IMG/VR virus record: IMGVR_UViG_3300027896_000013
Strand: one strand, 5' to 3'
Source: a virus
Length of the DNA stretch: 64,000 bases
The notes below the pieces were generated by a model. That model ran no database searches, was not told where the DNA came from, and saw only the letters and a list, made by a program, of their open reading frames with translations. Each line of letters starts with the position of its first letter. Within the stretch, counting starts at the first letter, position 1. The translations under genes were made by a program, and so were the position numbers. This document shows, piece after piece, positions 37,574 to 47,313 of this stretch.

Positions 37574-38706
37574 GGAATTAACGGATAAGGGGTTTGCGAC
37601 ACTGTCGGTGTCGGAGTCGGAGTTGGTGGTACCGCTGTTGGTGTCGGTGGTATCGCTGTCGCAGTAGGTACTGGTGTTGCAGTAGGTACTGGTGTCGGTG
37701 TAGGCGGAATCTCCGTTGGTGTAGCTGTCGGACCTACCCACGGTGTAGGTGTAGGTACTATATCAGTCGCTGTTGGAGTAGGTGTTGCTGTTGGAGTAGG
37801 TGTTGCAGTTGGAGTAGGTGTAGGAGTCTCAGTTGGTGTTGGAGTAGGTGTCTCAGTCGCTGTTGGTGTAGGTGTAGGCGTCTCAGTTGGTGTTGGTGTA
37901 GGAGTCTCAGTCGCTGTTGGTGTAGGTGTTGCAGTTGGTGGTGGTAATGTAGGTGTAGGTAGTGGTGTCGCTGTTGGCATTGGAGTAGGTGTAGGACCAT
38001 ACGAGATTTTTAATTTCGTAGCTGCTAACAAATCATCACTTTCAACCTCGAACATACACATTGAGTTACTACCTCTAGCTGCTGATAGCTGTGATACAGA
38101 AACAATATGAACATTATCTATATCGTAAATTGAATTAGGGTAGACTGTAACACTGTAGTAGTAAAATATCTGAGTCATATCACCGCATAAAGCTGTGATC
38201 GCAGGTGTATATGTTATTGGATTTGATGATGCATAATACACGAATGACTGAGGTAACTGTGTTGGTGAGTTTATGTTTGTTTCACCGAAAAATACTTGAT
38301 CTGAAAAATCAATATAGTGATTTAGAATTGGTCGATTAACTACAATTGCTTCCTCACCGTTTCCTGGTTCATATATAATTTTGAGTACGTCGTGCTGTGA
38401 TGTATCAATACCAGAGGGTACAAATGTTATTGTAGTATCACCTTTGATTGTTATCTGTGGTATATATTGGGTTTGATTAACCACCTGGTAACCCCACGGA
38501 AAGAATTCTCCACCACACACATAAGATGTAAATGTTGTATCAATATAACTACCTGTATCTGGATCGCTCCAGAAACCACCAAAAGCAGATAAACCTCTAT
38601 AATCAACTTCACCAAGAACTGGGTCTCTGAAGAACCACGCGTCTAGCACACTCGGCTGAATTGCAGAGAGTGCTGAACTTGTCAACGTGATGAAAAGTGT
38701 CTTCAT
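37570..38706 (-). CDS. Structural protein with long Pro/Thr tail
   Basis: ~140-aa PT(A/E)T repeat. Confidence 0.7.
   Translation of the reverse strand: MKTLFITLTSSALSAIQPSVLDAWFFRDPVLGEVDYRGLSAFGGFWSDPDTGSYIDTTFTSYVCGGEFFPWGYQVVNQTQYIPQITIKGDTTITFVPSGIDTSQHDVLKIIYEPGNGEEAIVVNRPILNHYIDFSDQVFFGETNINSPTQLPQSFVYYASSNPITYTPAITALCGDMTQIFYYYSVTVYPNSIYDIDNVHIVSVSQLSAARGSNSMCMFEVESDDLLAATKLKISYGPTPTPMPTATPLPTPTLPPPTATPTPTATETPTPTPTETPTPTPTATETPTPTPTETPTPTPTATPTPTATPTPTATDIVPTPTPWVGPTATPTEIPPTPTPVPTATPVPTATAIPPTPTAVPPTPTPTPTVSQTPYPLIP
37600..37995. repeat. Coding Pro/Thr tandem repeat
   Basis: ACACCAACT-type degenerate repeats. Confidence 0.85.
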
Positions 38707-38727
38707 GTTATAATACTTAATGTAGAG

Positions 38728-39324
38728 CTAGAGCCATGACCCAGCGTTTTTGTGCTGTCCATACTGAAAAAGTTTACGTTCTTTATATGGATATTCAAAA
38801 TATACATGGCTGTTTGCTTTATAGTCTGTTCGCCCTTCAAGAGCATTCGTCAAAAACATGGGACCTGCAAAATTTAAAACATCTGTAGTGTTCTGAATTT
38901 TGGGGACATATTCTATCTTACTAACAATATCCTCCACGCACAATGTACCTGGTCGACTATAAAAGATACTATTCGTAAGAAGTGGTGAGTCTGATTCGTG
39001 AAAAAATATAGTAGATAGCTTAGTTTGGTTTATCAAACTTTCAACATTACGAAACCACTCAATGTCAAGATCCGCATACAACCCACCGAGTTTATGTATA
39101 ATACATAATCTAGCTAAATCCGATCGTGCAATCGGCCATTTAATACATGAAAGGTATGCTGGATATAAAACCGGGAAGAAAGTTTCTATAAACCTCTCAA
39201 TGCGCTCATTGTTCCACAAAACAACTTCCCAGTTGGGGTGTAATGATTTAAATGAAGACTGGTACACAGCAGCATATGGCGGTATCTCGTTACCTATCCA
39301 AATTTGATGTAAAGTCTTAACCAT
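38728..39324 (-). CDS. Glycosyltransferase, GT32/OCH1-like
   Basis: LHQIW, SDLARL, GGLYADLD, GP. Confidence 0.88.
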   Translation of the reverse strand: MVKTLHQIWIGNEIPPYAAVYQSSFKSLHPNWEVVLWNNERIERFIETFFPVLYPAYLSCIKWPIARSDLARLCIIHKLGGLYADLDIEWFRNVESLINQTKLSTIFFHESDSPLLTNSIFYSRPGTLCVEDIVSKIEYVPKIQNTTDVLNFAGPMFLTNALEGRTDYKANSHVYFEYPYKERKLFQYGQHKNAGSWL

Positions 39325-39337
39325 TGTAGCTATTTAC

Positions 39338-40318
39338 ATGGTAACTGTAAATATTCAAATGTACGAGGCAGACAGCATCGAGATAGATATAACAGAGCAC
39401 TGTAACTTACGCTGCGCTCAGTGTACTCATAATGCTCCTTATTTTAAAACATCAGACACCCACTATACTCTTGAGCAATTTAAGAAAGATATAGATATCT
39501 TATCTAACAAAATACATTTCAATGCTATTAGACTGGTTGGTGGTGAACCGCTGCTGAACAATGATTTAGTAGAGATGCTTGAACACATCACAAATTCAAA
39601 AATAACTAATCAAATTGTTCTTGTGACGAATGGTATACTGTTAAGTGACACACCTCGCAGAGTATTTGAGCTAGTAAGCAGCGTGAGAGTTAACATCTAC
39701 CCACTTTCAGCTGATAAGATGCAGTCAGTAAAAGATGGTGTATTGTCGTTACGATCCTCTCACCCAGAATTAGACGTTATAACTAATGTAACAAATTACT
39801 TTTCAAAAACTAACACAATAGAAAAGATAACAGATGAAGCTCTCGTTAATAAAATCTACAGTAAGTGTATAGCCCGAGTTGACGGGTTCAATTTATTCAA
39901 TGGCAGAATTTATAGATGCTATGCATCTCGACGGAAATACAAATACCTAAAACAGCATCAGCATCTAATAAAGGATGATTTTGAATATCTAAACAACCCG
40001 GACTTAGACGCGATACGAATTACGACTGAAACATCTGACAAGGATTTTCATGACTTCTTCGTCCAATCTGCACCGCCTGTAGCGTGCCAGTGGTGTTTAG
40101 GGTGCTCGGGAAAACAATTGCCTCACAAGCAGTTACAAGACTTCACTAATGACATTGCAACCCTTAAAGATCTTGATTTTAAAGCGGGTGAAGCTTATTT
40201 GAGTAATTGTATACTGAGTTGGTCACATCTAAAACCGTCGTCCTTAAAGAATAACCCATTCTTTAAGATGGAGCATGTAAAGGAATACTATAAATACTTT
40301 ACCACATCGCCGTTCTAA
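39338..40318 (+). CDS. Radical SAM protein
   Basis: CNLRCAQC, GGEPLL, TNG. Confidence 0.88.
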   Translation: MVTVNIQMYEADSIEIDITEHCNLRCAQCTHNAPYFKTSDTHYTLEQFKKDIDILSNKIHFNAIRLVGGEPLLNNDLVEMLEHITNSKITNQIVLVTNGILLSDTPRRVFELVSSVRVNIYPLSADKMQSVKDGVLSLRSSHPELDVITNVTNYFSKTNTIEKITDEALVNKIYSKCIARVDGFNLFNGRIYRCYASRRKYKYLKQHQHLIKDDFEYLNNPDLDAIRITTETSDKDFHDFFVQSAPPVACQWCLGCSGKQLPHKQLQDFTNDIATLKDLDFKAGEAYLSNCILSWSHLKPSSLKNNPFFKMEHVKEYYKYFTTSPF

Positions 40319-41450
40319 ACTCAGGAAATACATCTAGGTAATTAAATTTGTCGTTTTGATTTTGCATAAACGCTTCGAACTTCTCTTTTGAAATATTATT
40401 CGGTCTAAGCAATATTTGCTGAATGTGTGTAATTTTCTCCGGTACAGTCATAAGATTAAGCTCCTTATCAGTACATTCACCTAGGTACGCTTTGTACTCG
40501 TCAAGCTTCTTGTACGCTAACACTTTTAGCTTTGACGGCATTACATTTACTGACAGCTCTTCCGGGTTTGTTAGGCAATATAATCTCAAATTGTCCTTTG
40601 TCAGGTACCCCTTTTCAATCCAGTCCTTATGAAAGTCGAACAGGTTTAAAACACTTAAATTTGTAACAGTTGGCTGTGCAGCAAACTTGATGTTCGGGTA
40701 GTTGCACATTGCTTCTCTATTTGCCTCTATCTGATTCCAATTAGCCCCTCTACGTATATACTCTAACCGTGTTCCACTACAATCTAGACTACCGAAGATC
40801 TTTACATTCTTGAAGTTGTTGAGTAGCTCATACATATTGCGACCTTTATACATATAACCACTCATATTCGTAGAGAACTGAACCTCTATATCAGAGCGGC
40901 CTTGCTCTAATAACAGGTCGAGTAAGCTATAAAAACTCTCGTTTAAGTGTGGTTCACCACCTACTAGATATAAAATATCTAGTTCTTTAAGTGTTTCTTT
41001 GGCAACTGACAATAATTCTTCAGTTGTCTTAAAACAGGTCTTTAGTTTTGCTCCATCAAACATTGTGCTGTGTTGACTGCTGCAATAGAGGCACTTGAAA
41101 TTACAGATATTAGACACATTTATCTCCCAGCATTTGAGATTATATGCAAATGTACCGTCTTCCTGTGTATTTTTAAAATATTCAGTTTGCAAATCTTGAT
41201 ACTTCTGCGGAGCAAGGTGTTTAAACGGCTGCTTACCGTCTATGCAGTGTCGTTTGCAAACCTCGGGCATTTGTCCATTTTTAAGCTGCTGCCTCAGCTT
41301 TTTTATTGTCGGTGAATTAAACAACGCTTCAGGAGACTCTGATGTTAGGCCAACTTTATACTCTTCCTCTCCGAACACCTTACAACACGGATAAGCGTAA
41401 CCATCCGTGTGGTATATTAGATGAAACCAAGGAAAAATACAAGTAGACAT
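40299..41450 (-). CDS. Radical SAM protein with N-terminal SPASM/twitch-like domain
   Basis: C..PW..DG..YPCC; CNFKCLYC; GGEP. Confidence 0.88.
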   Translation of the reverse strand: MSTCIFPWFHLIYHTDGYAYPCCKVFGEEEYKVGLTSESPEALFNSPTIKKLRQQLKNGQMPEVCKRHCIDGKQPFKHLAPQKYQDLQTEYFKNTQEDGTFAYNLKCWEINVSNICNFKCLYCSSQHSTMFDGAKLKTCFKTTEELLSVAKETLKELDILYLVGGEPHLNESFYSLLDLLLEQGRSDIEVQFSTNMSGYMYKGRNMYELLNNFKNVKIFGSLDCSGTRLEYIRRGANWNQIEANREAMCNYPNIKFAAQPTVTNLSVLNLFDFHKDWIEKGYLTKDNLRLYCLTNPEELSVNVMPSKLKVLAYKKLDEYKAYLGECTDKELNLMTVPEKITHIQQILLRPNNISKEKFEAFMQNQNDKFNYLDVFPEFRTAMW

Positions 41451-41465
41451 GTAAGTATTTATCGG

Positions 41466-42218
41466 ATGTATAAAGAATATCGAGTTTTGAAAGAATCTGA
41501 AAAGCTTAAGGGTTTTATCAGGTTTATAAACATTTTACCATCTACCGGTAAGCGTAAATTACTAGGTATCGGTATTAGTGACTCTATTACTTTAAAATAT
41601 TATGCCGAGCTAGACAAAGCTGATGACGTGTTACAAAGCGACTTCTTCCACATCTCTACAGCAAATTCATTTAAGCTTTACAGTACTCATCAGGCTAGGG
41701 AATATGAATCCAGTCTGGCTATTGGCATAAAGATTAGTAAAGATACCGTTACAAAATATTTTCACGTTAAGGTTACACCTGGTACTATCATTCCGAATTA
41801 TGAATCTCAGTTGTGGTTTTTTAAAATACTCAAAATAGATCCGATAACATTACCTATTGGAATATCTGGTGAAATACAACAGACTAATTGCAGAGCATGT
41901 ATACCACCTTTAAAGCTTAAAAGTTATTACTATCTGCGAACACCTGAAACTGTAGAGCGTTTTATAGCTTTCAAAAGGTTAAATGTTGACCCGTTATTAG
42001 TAGATCACATTGAAATGTATGCCACGGATACAGATTTTAAATATAATCTCATCTTTAAGGAAGCAGATACTGAAGTAGCTATGTCTGTTTTAACTGAGCG
42101 TGAAAAACAGATTGTTAAAGATCTTCAGCCGGAGATAAATCGACCCATATTATACGCAGGGCGGACAGCCAAGGAAGCTACTGTGTATTACTCTTTAACT
42201 AACAATAGTACGCTGTAA
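41466..42218 (+). CDS. Hypothetical protein
   Basis: ATG after TAAGTA. Confidence 0.65.
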   Translation: MYKEYRVLKESEKLKGFIRFINILPSTGKRKLLGIGISDSITLKYYAELDKADDVLQSDFFHISTANSFKLYSTHQAREYESSLAIGIKISKDTVTKYFHVKVTPGTIIPNYESQLWFFKILKIDPITLPIGISGEIQQTNCRACIPPLKLKSYYYLRTPETVERFIAFKRLNVDPLLVDHIEMYATDTDFKYNLIFKEADTEVAMSVLTEREKQIVKDLQPEINRPILYAGRTAKEATVYYSLTNNSTL

Positions 42219-42851
42219 CATAAATGCCTCTGCATATGGGTGTGCAATCTCACCACCACGTTTAATAGCATAAGCTCTGATATATTCTGAATCTCGCAAA
42301 CGACTGTATTCTCCTGGGTAACACTTCATTGCATCAATCTTTCTCTGAATGTGTGTATCGTCTAGAGGTACATAATAATTTGAAATAAATTGAGACCTAA
42401 CACTACCAACTGTCTGGTCTGTGGAGGATATAATCTCACCGGTTATGAACCTCGGAACCACTAAACCCTTTGAAGGCCTTATAGCGGAACAAACAGCTCT
42501 AAATACTTTTGAATGGTCTTGATGTAGGTCTGTGTCTCCGGATGACCACAGTGTATGGCAGTCGTGTGACTTAATAATAGTTTCAATGTGCTTAATTAGT
42601 ACCCTATCATTCACATCCGGTGATAATTTTAACAAACTTAGAAATGTGTAACCTAATACATCTTTAGCATCCTTAGCATGTACTTGCTGCAGCTCGCTTC
42701 GAGCAGTTTGAGTATCAAACATCACAAATACTTTTACCTTTGCACCTTGGTCGACTAATTTAGATATCACACCACCAAAACCGAGCACCTCATCATCTGC
42801 ATGTGGTACAATGAATAGGTGGGATTGCTTAATGTTTCTCAATATGGTCAT
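42195..42851 (-). CDS. PIG-L/LmbE family deacetylase
   Basis: PHADDE, HQDH, AEAF. Confidence 0.9.
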   Translation of the reverse strand: MTILRNIKQSHLFIVPHADDEVLGFGGVISKLVDQGAKVKVFVMFDTQTARSELQQVHAKDAKDVLGYTFLSLLKLSPDVNDRVLIKHIETIIKSHDCHTLWSSGDTDLHQDHSKVFRAVCSAIRPSKGLVVPRFITGEIISSTDQTVGSVRSQFISNYYVPLDDTHIQRKIDAMKCYPGEYSRLRDSEYIRAYAIKRGGEIAHPYAEAFMLQRTIVS

Positions 42852-43596
42852 TTATTTTGTTATGTGTATTTAAGAAGTCGTACTTTTCTAAAATTTTATA
42901 TTTCTCTTCAGGTGTTCGTCCTTCTAATTTATGAAATATTATAGGATTAACTGGATGAATGACAGCATAATCTGTAACAATTTCTAAATCAAGCGGTGTT
43001 TTTACATTCATCTTGAGCATGGCTATTTTCGGGTTCTTTGCAACCGTATAACCTATTCGTTTATCTTCACCTAAGTAAGTTTCGACAGTATTGATAAAAT
43101 CCTTCTCGGGGTTACTGACAATAAACTCCGCAGCATATCGACTTAGAAAATAGAAACCACCGCAAACATAATCAAGTAGGCTGATATTAGTCTTATCTAA
43201 GTAGCTTGGATCAGTATCATACTCTTTCATTTTGAAATTGTTCCAATACCGAGTTTGATTTAACCGCTCTGCACACAGATTTACATATCCACCGTAATCG
43301 TACTTGAAAATCAACTCCGGGATGATATTCTTCTCAATAAACGTATCATCATCGATTTTTAAGAGATAATCTGCATCAGTTTTATGTACGAAGTGTTCTA
43401 TGAGTTTATACGTCTTGTGAGATAGCTGGTTATATTTTTCCTCGCAGTCTACTATTATTTTTGGTTCTACTACTAGTTCAGGTGATCTACCATACACAAA
43501 ATAGTATTCAAAACCTTGTTTATCAAGGTGCTGTTTAACAAGGTTAGCAGGTCTATAATTCTTGCTACAAGTCGTTACGTATAATACTATCTTCAT
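42829..43596 (-). CDS. Glycosyltransferase, GT31-like
   Basis: KIDDDTF, YVCGGFYFLS, EDKRIG. Confidence 0.85.
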   Translation of the reverse strand: MKIVLYVTTCSKNYRPANLVKQHLDKQGFEYYFVYGRSPELVVEPKIIVDCEEKYNQLSHKTYKLIEHFVHKTDADYLLKIDDDTFIEKNIIPELIFKYDYGGYVNLCAERLNQTRYWNNFKMKEYDTDPSYLDKTNISLLDYVCGGFYFLSRYAAEFIVSNPEKDFINTVETYLGEDKRIGYTVAKNPKIAMLKMNVKTPLDLEIVTDYAVIHPVNPIIFHKLEGRTPEEKYKILEKYDFLNTHNKINDHIEKH

Positions 43597-44243
43597 GCAC
43601 CTGTAGGTCTCGGTAAGAGTACCGGTGGCCATATAGTAACTAGGGTACTGTATGTATCAGCAGTATCTATTTGTTTAAGCGCTTCTTCTACACCGGTAAT
43701 AGTTGCAGCTATAATAGCCTTTATTTCTTCAACACCGTTAATATTTTGAGCTTCTTCGAATTCTACTAAATCTTTCTGCAGAGTCTCTAATACACATTTC
43801 TTTTTCTCGTTAATCAGTTTTTTCCAGCCGTCTTTCGCAACAGTTAAAAAAGCTGAATCTTGATTTATAATAGACTGTATATCAAAATATTGAAATAATT
43901 TACACTTCTTTAAGATAGGAGCATACTGATGTACATCTTGTATTACTAGAACTTTAAGATGAGGTTGCTTACTAAAAATATCACTACAGTCTTTGATTAA
44001 ACTCTGTATAATATCAAGCTCACCTGCGAAGTCATCGTGAGATTCTGATACAAAAGCGACCGTATTATCCGTAATATTAAGAGATATCTCGCAGTTATTA
44101 ATTACATCTAAAAATTTACCAGTATTTGTGTTTAAGCTTTTTCCGAATATAGTCTGTCTTTCTTTCGTCTTTTCGTTTATATATTCAAATTTAACAACCT
44201 TACCAGATGTAAGGACTGCAACTAACAGTGTTGATATTGACAT
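43593..44243 (-). CDS. Hypothetical protein
   Basis: C-terminal WPP motif reminiscent of fibre assembly proteins. Confidence 0.6.
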   Translation of the reverse strand: MSISTLLVAVLTSGKVVKFEYINEKTKERQTIFGKSLNTNTGKFLDVINNCEISLNITDNTVAFVSESHDDFAGELDIIQSLIKDCSDIFSKQPHLKVLVIQDVHQYAPILKKCKLFQYFDIQSIINQDSAFLTVAKDGWKKLINEKKKCVLETLQKDLVEFEEAQNINGVEEIKAIIAATITGVEEALKQIDTADTYSTLVTIWPPVLLPRPTGA

Positions 44244-44280
44244 AGTATTATTATAGTGTGTTAAATGCTGTAATCAACCG

Positions 44281-45009
44281 TTATACTTGTGCACCGTATG
44301 TTGTCAATCCGTCATCAGATACCCATGCACCTGCACCTGTTTTTATCTTAAAAGGTACTCTCTGTATAGTAACCGGAGCTGGGGCGGGTTTAGAATACAC
44401 AGTAGATACTTTTGTAGTCATAGACAAACCGGACGCTAAATCTTGTACTGAAACATCATAACTATAAGGACTAATCAACCCAGAAGCTATTGTATATGTA
44501 CCAGCGCCTATTACATATGGGTTGATAGCAACGGATGGACCACCTCTTACAGTGATAAGCCACATACACTGAGAAGCTGCTGGTGTATTTCTAAGTTCCC
44601 AATCTAGTGCTGGTCTTTGCGCTGTAGCTGCGTTTAAGCTTATTGTGATTTTACCATCTTTTTTAGTGTGGTACTGACTGTAAGTTTCTGCATACACAGT
44701 AAGAGTAAATGACATTACCTGTGCACCAACTACGCTACCTAAAGAATAATCAGTTGATGTTCCTCCTGCGTATAAACTCTGTCCTGCAGCATACTGTCTA
44801 AATAATCCTACTATTGTAGAGATGCTTGTTTGACCTGTGATAGATACAGGTAAGGGACCGGGGTACGTACTAGCTAATACATTTATTTCTCGTATAGCGC
44901 TTGTTATACCAGGATCAGAAGGTACACCGTCATTAGCTAGCTCACCAATAGATAGATTGGAAGCTACACCATTAGTACCAAATGGAGGCATTACATAATT
45001 ATATCTCAT
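44281..45009 (-). CDS. Tail-associated protein, partial paralog of 26615-28573
   Basis: ETYSQYHTKKDGKITI...SGLISPYSY. Confidence 0.6.
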   Translation of the reverse strand: MRYNYVMPPFGTNGVASNLSIGELANDGVPSDPGITSAIREINVLASTYPGPLPVSITGQTSISTIVGLFRQYAAGQSLYAGGTSTDYSLGSVVGAQVMSFTLTVYAETYSQYHTKKDGKITISLNAATAQRPALDWELRNTPAASQCMWLITVRGGPSVAINPYVIGAGTYTIASGLISPYSYDVSVQDLASGLSMTTKVSTVYSKPAPAPVTIQRVPFKIKTGAGAWVSDDGLTTYGAQV

Positions 45010-46229
45010 GTTATCTTTTTATTCAGCTCTTTTATAGCTTCAATTAAGAGGGGTATAATGCTGTCATACTTAACTGCCTTTGTACCATCTGATCTTGTGC
45101 TCACAGCTTCAGGTAATATCTTTTCAATTTCTTGAGCAATTACACCTACATCTTTACCATCTCTGAAATCACAGTTCCAGTCAAATGTTACACCGCGGAT
45201 CTGGTTTACCTTTTCTAACGCGTTAGGTATAACTTCAATATTCTTCTTCAACGTTTCATCAGATGTTGAGAATACAACAACGTCACCGGTTGCGATGATG
45301 GCGCCTTGTACGCTTAATGCAACTGTCGTAGTATTAAGACCTTGTACACTTAAACCTTTAAATGATGGTGGTGCTGTATTGATACCAAAGCTGCAGTTCG
45401 AGCTATACGTAGAAACTAAAGCTCCATTTGTGCTATACTTAAATGGTAGTGGCAATAGACCAGTCAGGAGAGAACCGGTACCGTTCCAGGCACCGCTGTT
45501 AGTTGCAAATAAAGAATAGCAGGTATACCAGTCAGTGCTATTACGTCCACGAGTTCCAAACGGGTATGTAAATATCTCACCATAAGCGGATATGTTACCG
45601 TTTAAATTGCTTAACAATCCTACAGTTAAGTCTTTCTGAAGAGCTGTAGAATCAGCTGCATATAGCTTTGAATTGGTTGTTATATCACCATCAACAACCA
45701 AAGTCTGCTGGCTGCCTGGTGTACCTACAGTTGTATTAATTAAGAGCCCTATTTTAGAGCTTATATTGAATACTGTTGTATCAAGATGTATTTGAGCTAC
45801 CTCGTCTGCTTTTACCGCTGTTACACCATTAGTACCATCTAATTGGCTTAGCAGATTATATCGTACAATCTGTGTTGGTTCTGGTACTGCTGATAGAGCA
45901 GCTTTATCGGTAATATGATATAGTACCTCTTTGGAGCTATCGTATATTAAATCACCTATATCAGCACCGTTTGCAGTAAGAGCAACAATAGCATCTTGAG
46001 TGAGTGGGTTTCCATCTACACCACCTTGAAAAATACCGTTAACAGCTCCGTGGTTGACAATACCTATTGGTGCGCCGCCTACAGTTGAGCTATCTCCAAC
46101 ATATAGTCGTTTCGTATCAATATTAAACGCTGGTTCACCGTATTCGAAAGTGACACCGTCGCCACCACCAGTTCTGCGAACAACGTCTGTACCTCTCCTA
46201 AATAAAATCTTAGTGATATTCTGAGCCAT
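45006..46229 (-). CDS. Second tail fibre with S74 chaperone
   Basis: RRGT..GEP..DTKRLYVGD; TSDETLKKNI...GVIAQEI. Confidence 0.85.
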   Translation of the reverse strand: MAQNITKILFRRGTDVVRRTGGGDGVTFEYGEPAFNIDTKRLYVGDSSTVGGAPIGIVNHGAVNGIFQGGVDGNPLTQDAIVALTANGADIGDLIYDSSKEVLYHITDKAALSAVPEPTQIVRYNLLSQLDGTNGVTAVKADEVAQIHLDTTVFNISSKIGLLINTTVGTPGSQQTLVVDGDITTNSKLYAADSTALQKDLTVGLLSNLNGNISAYGEIFTYPFGTRGRNSTDWYTCYSLFATNSGAWNGTGSLLTGLLPLPFKYSTNGALVSTYSSNCSFGINTAPPSFKGLSVQGLNTTTVALSVQGAIIATGDVVVFSTSDETLKKNIEVIPNALEKVNQIRGVTFDWNCDFRDGKDVGVIAQEIEKILPEAVSTRSDGTKAVKYDSIIPLLIEAIKELNKKIT

Positions 46230-46290
46230 AATTTACTAATATTTATGCTTGACTTGTTAATAGGTATACTGTACATTCACATTAAAGATT

Positions 46291-46503
46291 ATGTTATACG
46301 CGACACCACAAAATAATTCGGTCGATATCTACGACTCAAACACTCAACAACGCAAGTATTCTATGCCTGTTAACGGAGAGGTTGCAGGTGCACCTATTAT
46401 TAATGGAGATCAAATGGCTATACCTGTTAGGGTAAGCGATACACAAGTTGTTACTCGAGTGTATGATATACACAGTGGTCAACTGAAATACACCAATTAC
46501 TAA
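46291..46503 (+). CDS. Small hypothetical protein
   Basis: TTGACT-N17-TACATT upstream. Confidence 0.6.
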   Translation: MLYATPQNNSVDIYDSNTQQRKYSMPVNGEVAGAPIINGDQMAIPVRVSDTQVVTRVYDIHSGQLKYTNY

Positions 46504-46605
46504 GTTATTTGTGTAACTGTGCTACTACAAAAGCTACACTATACAGTAATGTACAGCAGGCAATTGCTTCAGCGAAGGTTATAAACATTATCCGTATTCT
46601 CATAA

Positions 46606-47169
46606 CTAAGATGTCGTCAATTTGGTTAATAGGTGTGATAGCTGACCATTACCGGCAAGATACCCTATCAGGATTGCAATAGCAAATAAAATAACGAATG
46701 TCGCTGCATCTTTCTCTCTGCTACCTGGTCTATATGCTGCTTGTTCAAGAGCTTGAGATATTGCCTTTTCTAGTGATGGTATCTCGAGACCTCTTCCAAG
46801 AATCGTATACAATATACCTGCTTTAAGTGATAAATCTTGAATATAATCAGCAACTATACATATGTATGTAGTGTCTGAAAATTCTTCGCATAGCTTTAAA
46901 CATTCCTTATCTTCATCTTGTGACCTGTTTGAACTAGAGAAGTTTAATAATACAGCCGAGAAAGCTTCTCGTCTTAAAAACTCTCGAGCAACCTCGGCAG
47001 AGTTTACTTTGACAGATGTCTTTCCTAACTTTTTAACTACATTATCTACAATCTCAGCGTCTTCTTTATTGTTATCGATAATCAGTACGGGTAAGTTCTT
47101 ACCCAATGGATTAGAGTACAACAGAAATTTACCAAGCAGCATCACTATTTTCTCGATAATAAACGGCAT
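46606..47169 (-). CDS. Membrane-anchored receiver-like (REC) protein
   Basis: VLIIDNN...SAEVA..L....FSAVLLN; C-terminal TM. Confidence 0.6.
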   Translation of the reverse strand: MPFIIEKIVMLLGKFLLYSNPLGKNLPVLIIDNNKEDAEIVDNVVKKLGKTSVKVNSAEVAREFLRREAFSAVLLNFSSSNRSQDEDKECLKLCEEFSDTTYICIVADYIQDLSLKAGILYTILGRGLEIPSLEKAISQALEQAAYRPGSREKDAATFVILFAIAILIGYLAGNGQLSHLLTKLTTS

Positions 47170-47313
47170 ATATAAAAAATTGCAACGACATCTCTATGAG
47201 ATGTTGTCACATATACAAATATTTATTGTAAACAAAGGTGTTTATCTCACCTAAATAAAATTCTTCTTGAACTTTTCTTTCTACACCGTACAATGTATAA
47301 ATAATTTTCCGCT

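Noticed and set aside
37574-38000. N-terminal extension of the 35495-37741 ORF and antisense Cys/Arg/Trp ORFs
   Set aside because: Alternate frames of the Pro/Thr repeat
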